From: a phage
Assembly: GCA_028522875.1 (NCBI GenBank)
Contig: GCA_028522875.1_3659.1
DNA length: 64,000 bases
Direction: 5' to 3' (one strand)
Position numbers and translations under genes: made by a program
Shown: in pieces, positions 49,039 through 58,378 of the stretch
How positions within the stretch are numbered: the stretch's first letter is position 1
Layout: each line of letters opens with the position of its first letter
The notes under the pieces: generated by a model
Database searches by the model: none
Told to the model about the DNA's origin: nothing
What the model saw: only the letters and a program-made list of their open reading frames with translations

Positions 49039-51106
49039 ATTTATGGCATCTGCATATAACCGTTTCGGTGAGCCAAACCCGAAAGCAACTAAGTATAAAA
49101 GTGGGGGAAGTGTGAAACGAGACTATCGTGATGAAAAAGAGGTTGAAACTGTAGAGACTGTTTTAGAAAATACTAAAATCGTCCCTGTCCCACAACAAAA
49201 TATCGGTCTGATGGCTGCACAATATTTTGGTGTGCGATCAGCATTGTCCCAAGAAGACGGTGTGACAGTTACTGCAACATATTTCCCATATTACGACCGC
49301 TACGGGAATCTGTCCGGTTTCAAAAAGCGTGACTGGACGATCCCCAAAGAGCAACGTGGGCACTTTACGACGGTTGGGATCGTAAAGGCTAACTCCCAAA
49401 TGTTTGGGCAAAAGCTGTGTGCATCTTCTAACAACCGTAAGCAGATTAACGTTTGTGAGGGGGAAGGCGATGTTATTGCAGCATGGCAGGCTGCATATCA
49501 GATACAAGTAAAAGGGATTCTCACCAACGCTAAAGCCCCGGCAAAGGTGAAACAGTGGGCTAAAGAGGTCCAGGACGGGATCGATGCAGTTATCAACGGG
49601 GGTGATCTGGCAGGAAAACCCTGCCTACCTTTTGTTGGAATTAACTGTGGATGTGCAAACGCAGTAGATACTTTTGCAAACAATGAGAAATTTATCCGTA
49701 GCTACGGAACAGTGGTCCTTGCAATGGACAACGATGCAGCTAACGAGGTAGAGAAGCAAAAACACGTTATCAAAGGTGTTGAAGCCACACATAATATCGC
49801 GGCATTTTTGATGGCTGATAACGTTTACCACGTGGAATACCCCAGCGAGGTAAACGACCCTGACGGTGTAAAAGATATCCGTGACATGCTGAAGGCTAAA
49901 AAGCTGGAAGATATTGTCAACATGTTCCGTCACCCAGTCAAATATGTGCCCGATGCTGTATCTGATTTAGAAGACTTCTCCATTGAATCTCTTCGTAAGA
50001 AGACTTCTAATGGCGTAGATATCAGCGCGGAGTTCCCTAAATTGCAGAAGATGCTGAAAGGACTCCACAAAGGCACCTTGATGATGCTGACAGGCCCATC
50101 TGGCGGTGGTAAAACAACTGTAGCCAAGAAACTAGAGCACTGCATTGCAAAATACTTGATGGATCCGACATGCCCTAAAGCCGATGATTATGAAGAGGAT
50201 GATCGCCTGTGTCTGATTCACCTTGAAGAGGACCCTGAGGAAGCAATTAACTCTCTATACGCCAACCAGTTGGGGTTTGATGTTAAAGAGTTTGTTGAAG
50301 ACCCTAGTCAGTTCCTGACTGATCAGGAGCATGCTGAGATTCACCAATCTTGGGCCAAGGCTGGAAAAATCAAAGTGTTCAAGCATTTTGGGTCTATTCC
50401 TGTAGATGAGTTGATCACTAAGCTTAAACAAATGGTGTGTCTGTATCACTGCCGTTATATTGTGCTGGATCACCTGTCCATGGTAATTTCAGGGCTTAAT
50501 GTTAAGGATGAGCGCAAAGAACTTGACATGGCTATGACGCAACTAGCCGCGTTCTGTAAGCAGTTTAATGTATTTATCTTGGTGATCGCTCACCTGAAAC
50601 GCACAGAGATTGTGCCTCCAAAGGACAAGGATGGGAATCCGTTACCTTTTTGGTATCCTGTACGAAAAGAGAACCTTCGGGGTAGTGCCGGATTGGAGCA
50701 ACTTAGCTGGGTAGTTGTTGGGGTGGAGGCAGAAGAGATGGTGGATCGTTCCCGTGGACGTGTCCGACTGGTAGGTCTTAAAAACCGCCCAGCAAAAACG
50801 TTAGGCATTGCGGATACCTTAGTTATGGATCCCCACACAGGTAAGTTCCATGATGCCAGCAACTGGTACTGGGACAAAGAAATGCAGATGTTCACAGACG
50901 GCGAAGGTGGGGAGGTTGTTTGGAGACCTCAAGCTATGTTTGAGGATCAAGAGCACGCAGTTGTAGAAACACCTGTAGGTAGGGTTGTGGCTGATAAGGT
51001 TGTAACTCCTACTGTTAACCCTGTTGACACACAAGAAGACCTTCCGTATGATGATCCGTCCTCTGACCCTGTTCCAGGTTTTGAAGACGATGAAACACCT
51101 TTTTAA
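49028..51106 (+). CDS. primase-helicase (Toprim primase fused to DnaB/gp4-like helicase)
   Basis: Toprim-like CEGEGDVIA and LAMDNDAANE; helicase Walker A LTGPSGGGKTT and Walker B-like YIVLDHLS; acidic C-terminal tail. Confidence 0.65.
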   Translation: MGSKFMASAYNRFGEPNPKATKYKSGGSVKRDYRDEKEVETVETVLENTKIVPVPQQNIGLMAAQYFGVRSALSQEDGVTVTATYFPYYDRYGNLSGFKKRDWTIPKEQRGHFTTVGIVKANSQMFGQKLCASSNNRKQINVCEGEGDVIAAWQAAYQIQVKGILTNAKAPAKVKQWAKEVQDGIDAVINGGDLAGKPCLPFVGINCGCANAVDTFANNEKFIRSYGTVVLAMDNDAANEVEKQKHVIKGVEATHNIAAFLMADNVYHVEYPSEVNDPDGVKDIRDMLKAKKLEDIVNMFRHPVKYVPDAVSDLEDFSIESLRKKTSNGVDISAEFPKLQKMLKGLHKGTLMMLTGPSGGGKTTVAKKLEHCIAKYLMDPTCPKADDYEEDDRLCLIHLEEDPEEAINSLYANQLGFDVKEFVEDPSQFLTDQEHAEIHQSWAKAGKIKVFKHFGSIPVDELITKLKQMVCLYHCRYIVLDHLSMVISGLNVKDERKELDMAMTQLAAFCKQFNVFILVIAHLKRTEIVPPKDKDGNPLPFWYPVRKENLRGSAGLEQLSWVVVGVEAEEMVDRSRGRVRLVGLKNRPAKTLGIADTLVMDPHTGKFHDASNWYWDKEMQMFTDGEGGEVVWRPQAMFEDQEHAVVETPVGRVVADKVVTPTVNPVDTQEDLPYDDPSSDPVPGFEDDETPF

Positions 51107-51164
51107 TGTTTAACCAAGAGTGGGAGGGGTAGTACAACCGCCTCCCCTTTAAGGAGAACTGTAT

Positions 51165-54100
51165 ATGAGCATGTGGTCTTTCGATTTTGAGTCATCCGGT
51201 TTGCTGGAAGACCCAGATCTTTATTATCACTGCGGCCTGTTTAAAGAGCTGAATAAGAACCGTTTTATGCTGTTCCTTCCTCTAAATGACCGCACACACT
51301 ACTCTGAAGAGGATATAGAGAAGGCTAAGAACTTTATTCTGGCAAAGAAAACTCTTTATAAAGATTTTGAAGTTCGCATAGCAGATTTTTCAGAGTTGGA
51401 AGGTTGGCTTACAGGAAATTCTGACTGGTCACCCACAGCTTTGAACTGCCACAACTGCTACAGCTACGACTTTATGCTGATGGAGAGATTGTCCGGTATT
51501 CATTTTGATATGTTCCGTGACCCTAAGTGTATGGGGACTATCAACGACCACCAGGTTAATCTGTTTGATACGTTGGCGATGAGCCGAATCTTGTGGCCTG
51601 ATCGCCCTTTACCAAAAGGTTGTCCGGACTCTGTATTCAACCCGGTTACTAAGAAAATGCAGCCTGTTGGTCCTCACGGCCTTATGGCATGGGGCTACGC
51701 CCTTGGTAACCAGAAAGTTCAAATTGATGACTGGCGCGATCTTCCGTTGTGGAAGTATGTGGATCGTGTATTCGAGGACGTTATCATCCAGGAGCTGCTC
51801 TGGAAAGAGCTGGTAGCGGAATCAAAAGGTGTATTCTACGGCAAATCTGACATGCAGAACTTTATGTACGATCCAGCCAAAGAGAAGCCGAAAGGGTTCA
51901 AGAAGATCACCTGGAAGAACGCACTACGTCGAGGCATGCTGCAGCACTTCCTGATGGAGCTGCAGGCCCGTCAGGGTGTATACTTCGACATAGATGGAGC
52001 TATTGCTTTACGTGACCGTTGCGATGCGTGGATGAAAGAAATCGCTGATCGTGTTGAACCACAACTACCTTTAAAAGAGCTGTCAATGTCTCAGCGGCCC
52101 AAGTTCCCTGAAAAGCCGTTTAACCAAGACGGGACAATCTCTAATAATGGTTGGAAATGGTTAAAAGATAAGCTTGGCTATCCTGTAGACATGAGCGCTT
52201 TAGATTTCAAAGCCCCGCCTAAGCGAGCATTTACCTCTACAGGAGATGTCAGCAAGATGGGGATAAAATGGTGTGAAGAGATGGGCTGCAAAGACCCCGA
52301 TAAGATGGCTGATTTCTTGAGAGGCTATATTAAGGGCACTTCCACACCTCACCCTTTGCCTAAAGAGCTGATGGATCAGGCAATAAGTGATCTACAGCAG
52401 AAGCGAATGCCGGACTGCAAGATACCTATGAAAATCAGCAATCAGGACGACATTAAGCGGTATCTGATCAGTGCTGGCTGGCTACCGACAATGTGGAGAA
52501 CTAAGGATGTAACTAAAGATAGCAAGAAGAAAGCTCTACCTGATGCGGATGTTGATGCACGAGTATATGCATATATGGACGAGCTTTTAGAGTCAGAGTA
52601 TTGTGACCTGATTATCAACTTCTGGAACAAAACTGATGCCAAGTTCCAGACAACTGTGCACAAGTTCCGAAGCTTTCCTAACTCTGAAAGGATTAAAAAG
52701 GAAGTATTCGGGAAAATACGTAGAAAAGCCAGAGCACTTATTACTTCTCCGCAACTGAAAGATACGTTTGGACACCTGTGTCCGAATCTTGAAAAATTGA
52801 ACGGAGAGATGGCTAAAGATATCGTCTTGTGGTTATCATTGCGAAACCGCAGATCAGTCCTTGATCCAATCAAGGAGGATAAGGTTGATACTGGTCTTCT
52901 TAATCACCCACGTTTGAAGATTGACCATAAGCTTCCTGCTAAAAGCTCTGGATTAACAAACACTTCCAGACAGAAACACAGTATTTGTGCAAACATGCCT
53001 AAACCATCCCCTAAAGTGGTTATGGGTAAAGAGATGCGCAGTCTGTGGGGTGTTCCTCCTGGATACTTTCAGATCGGTATTGACGGGTCCAACTTAGAGC
53101 AGCTTATCGGGGCTTGGGGTGCCTTTGAGTTCGACAACGGCCTGTATTACGATGTTGTAAGTAACGGCGATGCACATTGTTATTCAGGAGATACACAAAT
53201 TCTCACGGAGAAAGGGTGGGTGAGGTTTGAAGATCTTGATCCGGGAACACAAGTGTTCCAGTACGATCACAACACCTCGTCAATGAACCTTGTTACTCCA
53301 TTAAATTACGTTAAGCGTAGTTATTATGGAGATATGTATCATTTCCACAACAGTAGTGTGGATTTTATGGTTACAGATCAACACAGGATGCTGACTGTGG
53401 ATCACAGAAGCAATAAATTGTTTGAAGATTTGGCAAAAGACCTGAAAGCAGGTAAAGGGTCTAATTCAGGAAGAAGGTTTATCCATGCGGCAGAGTTTTA
53501 TGGGAATACAGCCTTATCTCCTGCCCAGGTTAATTTGCTTATTGCTATTCACGATGATGGGCACTTGCATACAAATAAGGACGGCAGCATCGTGTGCAGG
53601 ATTCAGGTCGGAAAGGGAAGAAAAGTTGCAACGCTTTTAGATACTTTTTCTGCTCTAAGCCTTAGTTATGTAGAGCAGAGCGGGAAAACCACAAAAGGAG
53701 GCTTACTGGCGAGAAGGTTCCAATTCCACGTTCCGTCTTGGGTATTTGAGTTTTTGGACAGCAATAAGGATTTCACCTACAACCTGATGAACCTTGATAA
53801 AGAATCTAAAAACCTGTTTATAGCTTCTTTATCTAACTGGGACGGGTGGGTATCTTCAGAAGGTGGAAAGGTTGCTTACTACTCCCAGGCCGAGTGTAGG
53901 AAGAAATCTGTAGAGGTGGTGTCTGCGCTGGCTACTCAGTGTGGTTTACGGAATAATACGGTGGCGATTCACAAAAAAGGTCGTGCCGTGCAGCACAGAA
54001 TCACAATTGGTAGCAAACAGAGAGCAGGGTTGCTGACACTATCTAAAGAGTCTGTCGAGGTGAGCGGTTCTTTGGTTTATTGCGTTACCGTCCCTTCTGG

Positions 54101-54557
54101 AGCAATCATTGTGAGAAGGAATGGTAAAGTGGCAGTGTGCGGTAACTGTAATAACGCCAAAGCTTACTCTTCTGTAGCAGGCAAGGAGATTTCCCGTAAC
54201 GATGGTAAGCCTATCACGTATGGGGTTATGTACGGGGCACAAAAAGATAAAGTTGCAGATATGCTGGACATCTCTCCAGAGTTGGGACAAAGGGTAATCG
54301 ATGCACTCTGGGATGCCAACCCTGGTCTCAAGGGGCGCAAAGAGGATCTGGAGAAATTCTGGGAAGCAACTGGTAAGAAGTTTATCTACTCTTTTGATGG
54401 TCATGCTATCTGGACCAGATCTAAACACTCTTTACTTAATGCATACCAACAGAATGGTGGTGCATCGCTGTGTGACTTAGTTGGGATACTTATGCACCAC
54501 CAAATGGTGAAGCGTGGGTGGTACGATGAAGGTGTTCGTCGTATTATTTATTACCAT
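51165..54557 (+). CDS. DNA polymerase, family A (T7-like), exon 1; contains an in-frame intein
   Basis: 3'-5' exo motif FDFESSG; motif A IGIDGSNLEQLIGAW; motif B KPITYGVMYG; ORF stops right after ...IIYYH-K at motif C position. Confidence 0.8.
53178..54146 (+). mobile_element. intein (Hint domain with degenerate LAGLIDADG-like endonuclease region) in DNA polymerase
   Basis: 323-codon insert between pol motifs A and B: starts CYSGDTQILTEKGWVRFEDL (block A), TxxH block B at VTDQHRMLT, ends ...RRNGKVAVCGN with +1 Cys; flanks align with T7 pol NGDIHTKNQIA. Confidence 0.6.
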
Positions 54558-54833
54558 AAATAACATTGTGGCTTCATAGAGTAATCTATGTCGAATAACC
54601 TCTTTAACTGCGGGAAGCCTAAACCTTATGGCAAGGTAATCCGCAACGAAGCGCTCAAAAGAGCGAACGCTCAGAGGCCATTCCGAAAGGAAGTAGACCA
54701 GCAAGTGCGGTCGAAATGGGAGGATTCCTGTGGTTGCTTATCATAGGAATATGAGATGGTCCGATCCTACGTGAAAACGTATGGCTATGCACGTAATGGT
54801 GCGGGGTAGCTTAACGACCTACCTGAACTATTG
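54558..54833 (+). ncRNA. group I self-splicing intron (no ORF) interrupting DNA polymerase motif C
   Basis: 5' exon ends in U (54557), intron ends in G (54833); P1 exon CCAU with intron GUGG (54567-54570); core elements P CUGCGGGAAG (54607-54616), Q AAUCCGCAAC (54637-54646), R GUAGACCAGC (54692-54701), S GAGAUGGUCCG (54752-54762); splicing restores YYH-DEYQ. Confidence 0.75.
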
Positions 54834-55187
54834 GATGAGTACCAACTTCAGGTCCCTGACACGCCTAAGTATAAGACTGTGTACACCTTCGACACAATTG
54901 AAGAATTGGAAGCATTTAAGGCAGAGCAGGAGGCCAAACTTCATGTGTTTGACGGTCATAAGTACAAAAAGGCACGCAAGGATGAAAACGGAAACGAAGT
55001 GGTTGACAGAGACGGAAACACGGTGTACGATCCTATCCTGAACGATGACGGAAAGCTTGAACTTATCTGGAGCCCTGTGGGTGAAATGGTGGTGCATTGC
55101 TTCTGGCAAGCTTCTAAAATGATGGGCGTTCCATTCCAGATCACAGGTGAATACTTGTGTGGTCGGAACTGGGGTGATTGTCACTAA
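54834..55187 (+). CDS. DNA polymerase, family A, exon 2 (C-terminal part)
   Basis: Begins GAT GAG (DE of motif C HDE) right after intron-terminal G; C-terminus ...GRNWGDCH parallels T7 DNA polymerase ...GPNWAICH. Confidence 0.75.
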   Translation, partial: DEYQLQVPDTPKYKTVYTFDTIEELEAFKAEQEAKLHVFDGHKYKKARKDENGNEVVDRDGNTVYDPILNDDGKLELIWSPVGEMVVHCFWQASKMMGVPFQITGEYLCGRNWGDCH

Positions 55188-55236
55188 TGTAAACTATCAG
55201 CATAGGGAGGTGCTGTTGAGCAAAGAGGGGATTTTT

Positions 55237-55521
55237 ATGGTAGTAGAACCAACAAAAACATTTACATCTATGACTATCCCTGTTATTATGCAGGTGGAGT
55301 GTGTTCAGGTATCTCAAGTGTGGCCTGGCACCAAAATCCCAACAGGGCCTGATTTCTTTCAGGTTGGGAAAGTGTACAATGTCTGGAAGGCACCAGATTG
55401 TTACCCTTTCATTAAAGATGACCGTGGAATGTTGTGGTATCTTGGAAATGATTTGACACTGCACCTTGGGAATGCTATTATTGCAGTATTCAGACTTAAC
55501 AAGAAGGAGACCGATCAATGA
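55237..55521 (+). CDS. small protein, member of tandem paralog array
   Basis: ATG 55237 with RBS gagggg; shares F..G..Y.v ... KDD.G..W(Y/F)L ... a..f core with the next two genes. Confidence 0.45.
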   Translation: MVVEPTKTFTSMTIPVIMQVECVQVSQVWPGTKIPTGPDFFQVGKVYNVWKAPDCYPFIKDDRGMLWYLGNDLTLHLGNAIIAVFRLNKKETDQ

Positions 55522-55745
55522 CAACTTTGGTTAAAGCTACTTTTGTAGAAGAAAAGATGACAGACCTGTCCTTCTTTAAAGAAGGAAAGACCTACGAGGT
55601 TTATTACGATAAAGCTCGTGCAAACAAAATGATTAAAGACGAGGAAGGGGTTGCCTGGTATATCTCTCACCTGGCAAACGGTGAGTATCATATCTACGGA
55701 ACCACTTTGCTTGCCAAGTTTGTAGTTGTTGAAGAGGACCTATGA
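55518..55745 (+). CDS. small protein, member of tandem paralog array
   Basis: 75 aa; RBS aaggag; FFKEGKTYEVYY...IKDEEGVAWYISHL. Confidence 0.45.
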   Translation: MTTLVKATFVEEKMTDLSFFKEGKTYEVYYDKARANKMIKDEEGVAWYISHLANGEYHIYGTTLLAKFVVVEEDL

Positions 55746-55936
55746 AAGTAAAGTATCTTGCTGAAGGTATGAATAGGTATTTTACCCTTGGTGAAGAATA
55801 TTGGCCCTTTACAAACAACGGCGATGTCTACGTGAAAGATAATTTCGGCACGCCGTGGTTTCTGCACTCTAATGGGCTGGGATACTCTATTTACTGCGGT
55901 GCAGTGAACAACACAACTCTTGCAGAGTTCGTTTAG
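55742..55936 (+). CDS. small protein, member of tandem paralog array
   Basis: 64 aa; ATGA overlap; YFTLGEEYWPF...VKDNFGTPWFLHS. Confidence 0.45.
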   Translation: MKVKYLAEGMNRYFTLGEEYWPFTNNGDVYVKDNFGTPWFLHSNGLGYSIYCGAVNNTTLAEFV

Positions 55937-55946
55937 AGGAGGTAGG

Positions 55947-56318
55947 ATGCTAGTAAAAGGTACCCACACAGTCAAACAACGTATTGAAGTTGAGATTGAT
56001 GATTGTGAGCTGAAGCATATTTTACGGTCATGCTCCAACGTTTTGCTCCTTAGTATTCTTCAGGAGCGAGCGGAGAACGAGTTCTTAAATGCATTGGCAG
56101 GCCGTCCAGGTGACTTTTGTGTGCGTAAGCGTGGTGACAACAAGTCATGGTTGTGGGAAATCGATGCCGACTGGGATTACCACAAAAATGAGGGCATAGA
56201 TGAGCCTATTCGTGAACTGACGGACAAAGAGATTCAGATGTACAATGAAGTTTGTCATTGGGCAACACGCCAACAAATTTACCTAGACCCTGTGTGGCTG
56301 ATTGAAAATAGCCATTGA
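55947..56318 (+). CDS. hypothetical protein
   Basis: ATG 55947 preceded by gaggagg (track start 55920 less likely). Confidence 0.45.
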   Translation: MLVKGTHTVKQRIEVEIDDCELKHILRSCSNVLLLSILQERAENEFLNALAGRPGDFCVRKRGDNKSWLWEIDADWDYHKNEGIDEPIRELTDKEIQMYNEVCHWATRQQIYLDPVWLIENSH

Positions 56319-56394
56319 CAAGAAGTAAGATTAGATATAAGATGCTTCACACAAACAAAGCGTTGATTTTTAAATAACTAAGGAGACTGCCAAG

Positions 56395-56649
56395 ATGAAA
56401 ATTACTTTGAAGCCGGAATGCGTTGCAAATGACCGAGCTTTTAAAGATTGCACAGTCGGTGCAATCTATGAAGCAGAGTTTTGTGAGAACCCTCTGGTAA
56501 AAGCCCTTCTGGAAGAAGGGGCCCCTTTATCACAAGAAGAGATTGATGAGCTGGAAAACTCAGCACAGTGCCTTACCTTTAAAGATGATGAAGGAGACTC
56601 TGTCTGGTGCACTGTTAATGAAGTAGTTTTTGTAAAACCTGAACATTAA
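56395..56649 (+). CDS. small protein, paralog of 56713-56985
   Basis: 84 aa; RBS aaggag; shared K.KP(E/D)...(N/K)D.AF(K/R)DCT ... (F/I)KDD(E/Q)GD.V.CT pattern. Confidence 0.45.
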   Translation: MKITLKPECVANDRAFKDCTVGAIYEAEFCENPLVKALLEEGAPLSQEEIDELENSAQCLTFKDDEGDSVWCTVNEVVFVKPEH

Positions 56650-56652
56650 TAC

Positions 56653-56681
56653 TTGACAACAGTGATAGGGCCTAATATAAT
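56653..56681 (+). promoter_or_regulatory. consensus sigma70 promoter TTGACA-17-TATAAT, with -10 inside a 9-bp perfect inverted repeat
   Basis: -35 TTGACA 56653-56658, -10 TATAAT 56676-56681; GATAGGGCC (56664-56672) and GGCCCTATC (56682-56690) flank TAATATAAT. Confidence 0.55.
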
Positions 56682-56712
56682 GGCCCTATCAAAACGAAAG
56701 GGGACCACAGCA

Positions 56713-56985
56713 ATGACCAAACAATATCAACGAATTAAAGCCAAGGTTAAGCCAGACTATCTGGAGAAAGACTCTGCTTTTCGGGACTGCACAGCCGACA
56801 AAGTTTACACAGGGGCCGTCCTGTTGAACGATGAACTTGAAGTAGATATTCTGGGTAAAGAGGCCACTATTAAGGACGACCAAGGCGATTATGTTTGCTG
56901 CACCACACGTGAGCTAGAAATCTTAGAATACTTCGGTGAAATCTTCACCTCTCTTGATGATTACTTAGATGATGAGGAAGCGTGA
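56713..56985 (+). CDS. small protein, paralog of 56395-56649
   Basis: ATG 56713 with RBS aaagggga; track start 56653 rejected because it overlaps the consensus promoter. Confidence 0.45.
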   Translation: MTKQYQRIKAKVKPDYLEKDSAFRDCTADKVYTGAVLLNDELEVDILGKEATIKDDQGDYVCCTTRELEILEYFGEIFTSLDDYLDDEEA

Positions 56986-57374
56986 TGAAAAATATTTGGG
57001 ATATTGATATCTTTGAAGCCTCTAAGCTTGATGGTGCTGATGGAGTGATTATGGTATCTGATGGCAAGGCAACACTAACTTCCGGAGATATCATCTATGC
57101 CTTGGACGAGCTGGCGCTTCTGAAATCTACCGGTAACACTCTAGAGGAGCGTCTTCAAGGCTTCGCCTTCAAAGAAGGTACAAATACAGCCATGATGTGC
57201 ACCACACGGACAGTTCAGATGGGTAACGGTGTCTATATGATTATTGCTGTGTGTCCTAAATTCAGCAACGTCAACAAAGATGATGCTGACGCGGTAAACG
57301 ATGTGGTTGTTCTCTTCGTGGGTGACGCTATGGCAGATCTGATGAATGCGGGAGAAGCAGCAAATGAAGACTGA
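56982..57374 (+). CDS. hypothetical protein
   Basis: 130 aa; RBS gaggaag; ATGA overlap. Confidence 0.45.
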   Translation: MMKNIWDIDIFEASKLDGADGVIMVSDGKATLTSGDIIYALDELALLKSTGNTLEERLQGFAFKEGTNTAMMCTTRTVQMGNGVYMIIAVCPKFSNVNKDDADAVNDVVVLFVGDAMADLMNAGEAANED

Positions 57375-57666
57375 AAACATCACCCCAGCAGGGTTCTTAA
57401 AAGTATACCGTGAACTGCTGTATACTACAGAGGACAGTGTTCTAGAGTATCCAGAATATCTCTTGCTGTATAAGTATCTGCAGGAGGCTGGTGAAAATCT
57501 GCCAGTTAGTGCAGAAGGCGGTCCGAACTGGGTATACAGCGCATGGAGAAAGGTTGACATTCTCCCAGACCCAGGCAAAGATATGGTAGTTTGGCAGCTT
57601 ATCAACAACATCGGGATTCCAATCTTTGATGAAGCTGTTAAAATCTATTTTGAACTTGACGATTAA
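57364..57666 (+). CDS. hypothetical protein
   Basis: ATG 57364 preceded by gggag (track start 57346 less likely). Confidence 0.4.
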   Translation: MKTENITPAGFLKVYRELLYTTEDSVLEYPEYLLLYKYLQEAGENLPVSAEGGPNWVYSAWRKVDILPDPGKDMVVWQLINNIGIPIFDEAVKIYFELDD

Positions 57667-57683
57667 TATCAGGAGACCTTAAG

Positions 57684-57929
57684 ATGACTGAAGTAGTTGC
57701 TCGCGCAGGACAGAAAGTACGTTGTGTTGAAGTAGGTTTTGGTGGCAAAGGGTGTCAAAACTTGACTCAAGGTAAGGAATACGCTGTTATCTCTGGTGGT
57801 GGCGACGAAAGTATTGTGTTCGAGGGCCACATCCTGGATGCTGAAAACTTTGAAATCTTTGACGACGATGGGGATCCGATCACCTGCCTGCTGGACGGGA
57901 ATTGGGGAACTTTCGAAGTGATTGGCTAA
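57684..57929 (+). CDS. small protein, distant member of tandem paralog family
   Basis: 81 aa; RBS caggag; GKEYAV ... FDDDGDPITCLL resembles KDD.GD...CT core. Confidence 0.4.
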   Translation: MTEVVARAGQKVRCVEVGFGGKGCQNLTQGKEYAVISGGGDESIVFEGHILDAENFEIFDDDGDPITCLLDGNWGTFEVIG

Positions 57930-57939
57930 CAAATACCTA

Positions 57940-57968
57940 TTGTAATTTACAGAAGGGGATGCTAAAAT
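57940..57968 (+). promoter_or_regulatory. sigma70-like promoter TTGTAA-17-TAAAAT with extended -10 TG
   Basis: -35 TTGTAA 57940-57945; spacer ends ...TGC; -10 TAAAAT 57963-57968; upstream of 58013. Confidence 0.45.
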
Positions 57969-58012
57969 AGTGTCTCCTTCTATGTTGTTCAAATAAAATC
58001 GGAGATTCCATA

Positions 58013-58378
58013 ATGGAACAAATGAACGATCAAGCGTCGGTTGCGATGAACGAGCAAGAACAACCTCAAGAATTTTTCTTAGGGTTAAGTAAAGATCAAG
58101 TGTCTCTTTTGCTAGTGCTTTCTTCTTTCATGGGAAGACTTCAGGAGCTCACACAACAACCGGAGGCTGAACAATTATTTCAGGCCCTGCGCGAAGAAGA
58201 AAAATATCGTCGTTTGGACTATGCCTTAGGTTGGGTAGCTCAACAACGAGATATGTTGATGGCCCTCTCTGGGACCACAAGTTTTGCAATGGGCCTGTTG
58301 GCTCAAGTTCAGGACAAATTAATTCAAGCAGGGTTTGCACACACGGCAAACACTAACGAAGAACAAGGAGACAAATAA
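58013..58378 (+). CDS. hypothetical protein
   Basis: 121 aa; RBS ggag. Confidence 0.45.
   Translation: MEQMNDQASVAMNEQEQPQEFFLGLSKDQVSLLLVLSSFMGRLQELTQQPEAEQLFQALREEEKYRRLDYALGWVAQQRDMLMALSGTTSFAMGLLAQVQDKLIQAGFAHTANTNEEQGDK

Noticed and set aside
56653-56712. ORF-track start at 56653 for the 110-aa gene
   Set aside because: This stretch contains a perfect sigma70 promoter and palindrome; a better start with RBS exists at 56713 and matches the N-terminus of the upstream paralog.
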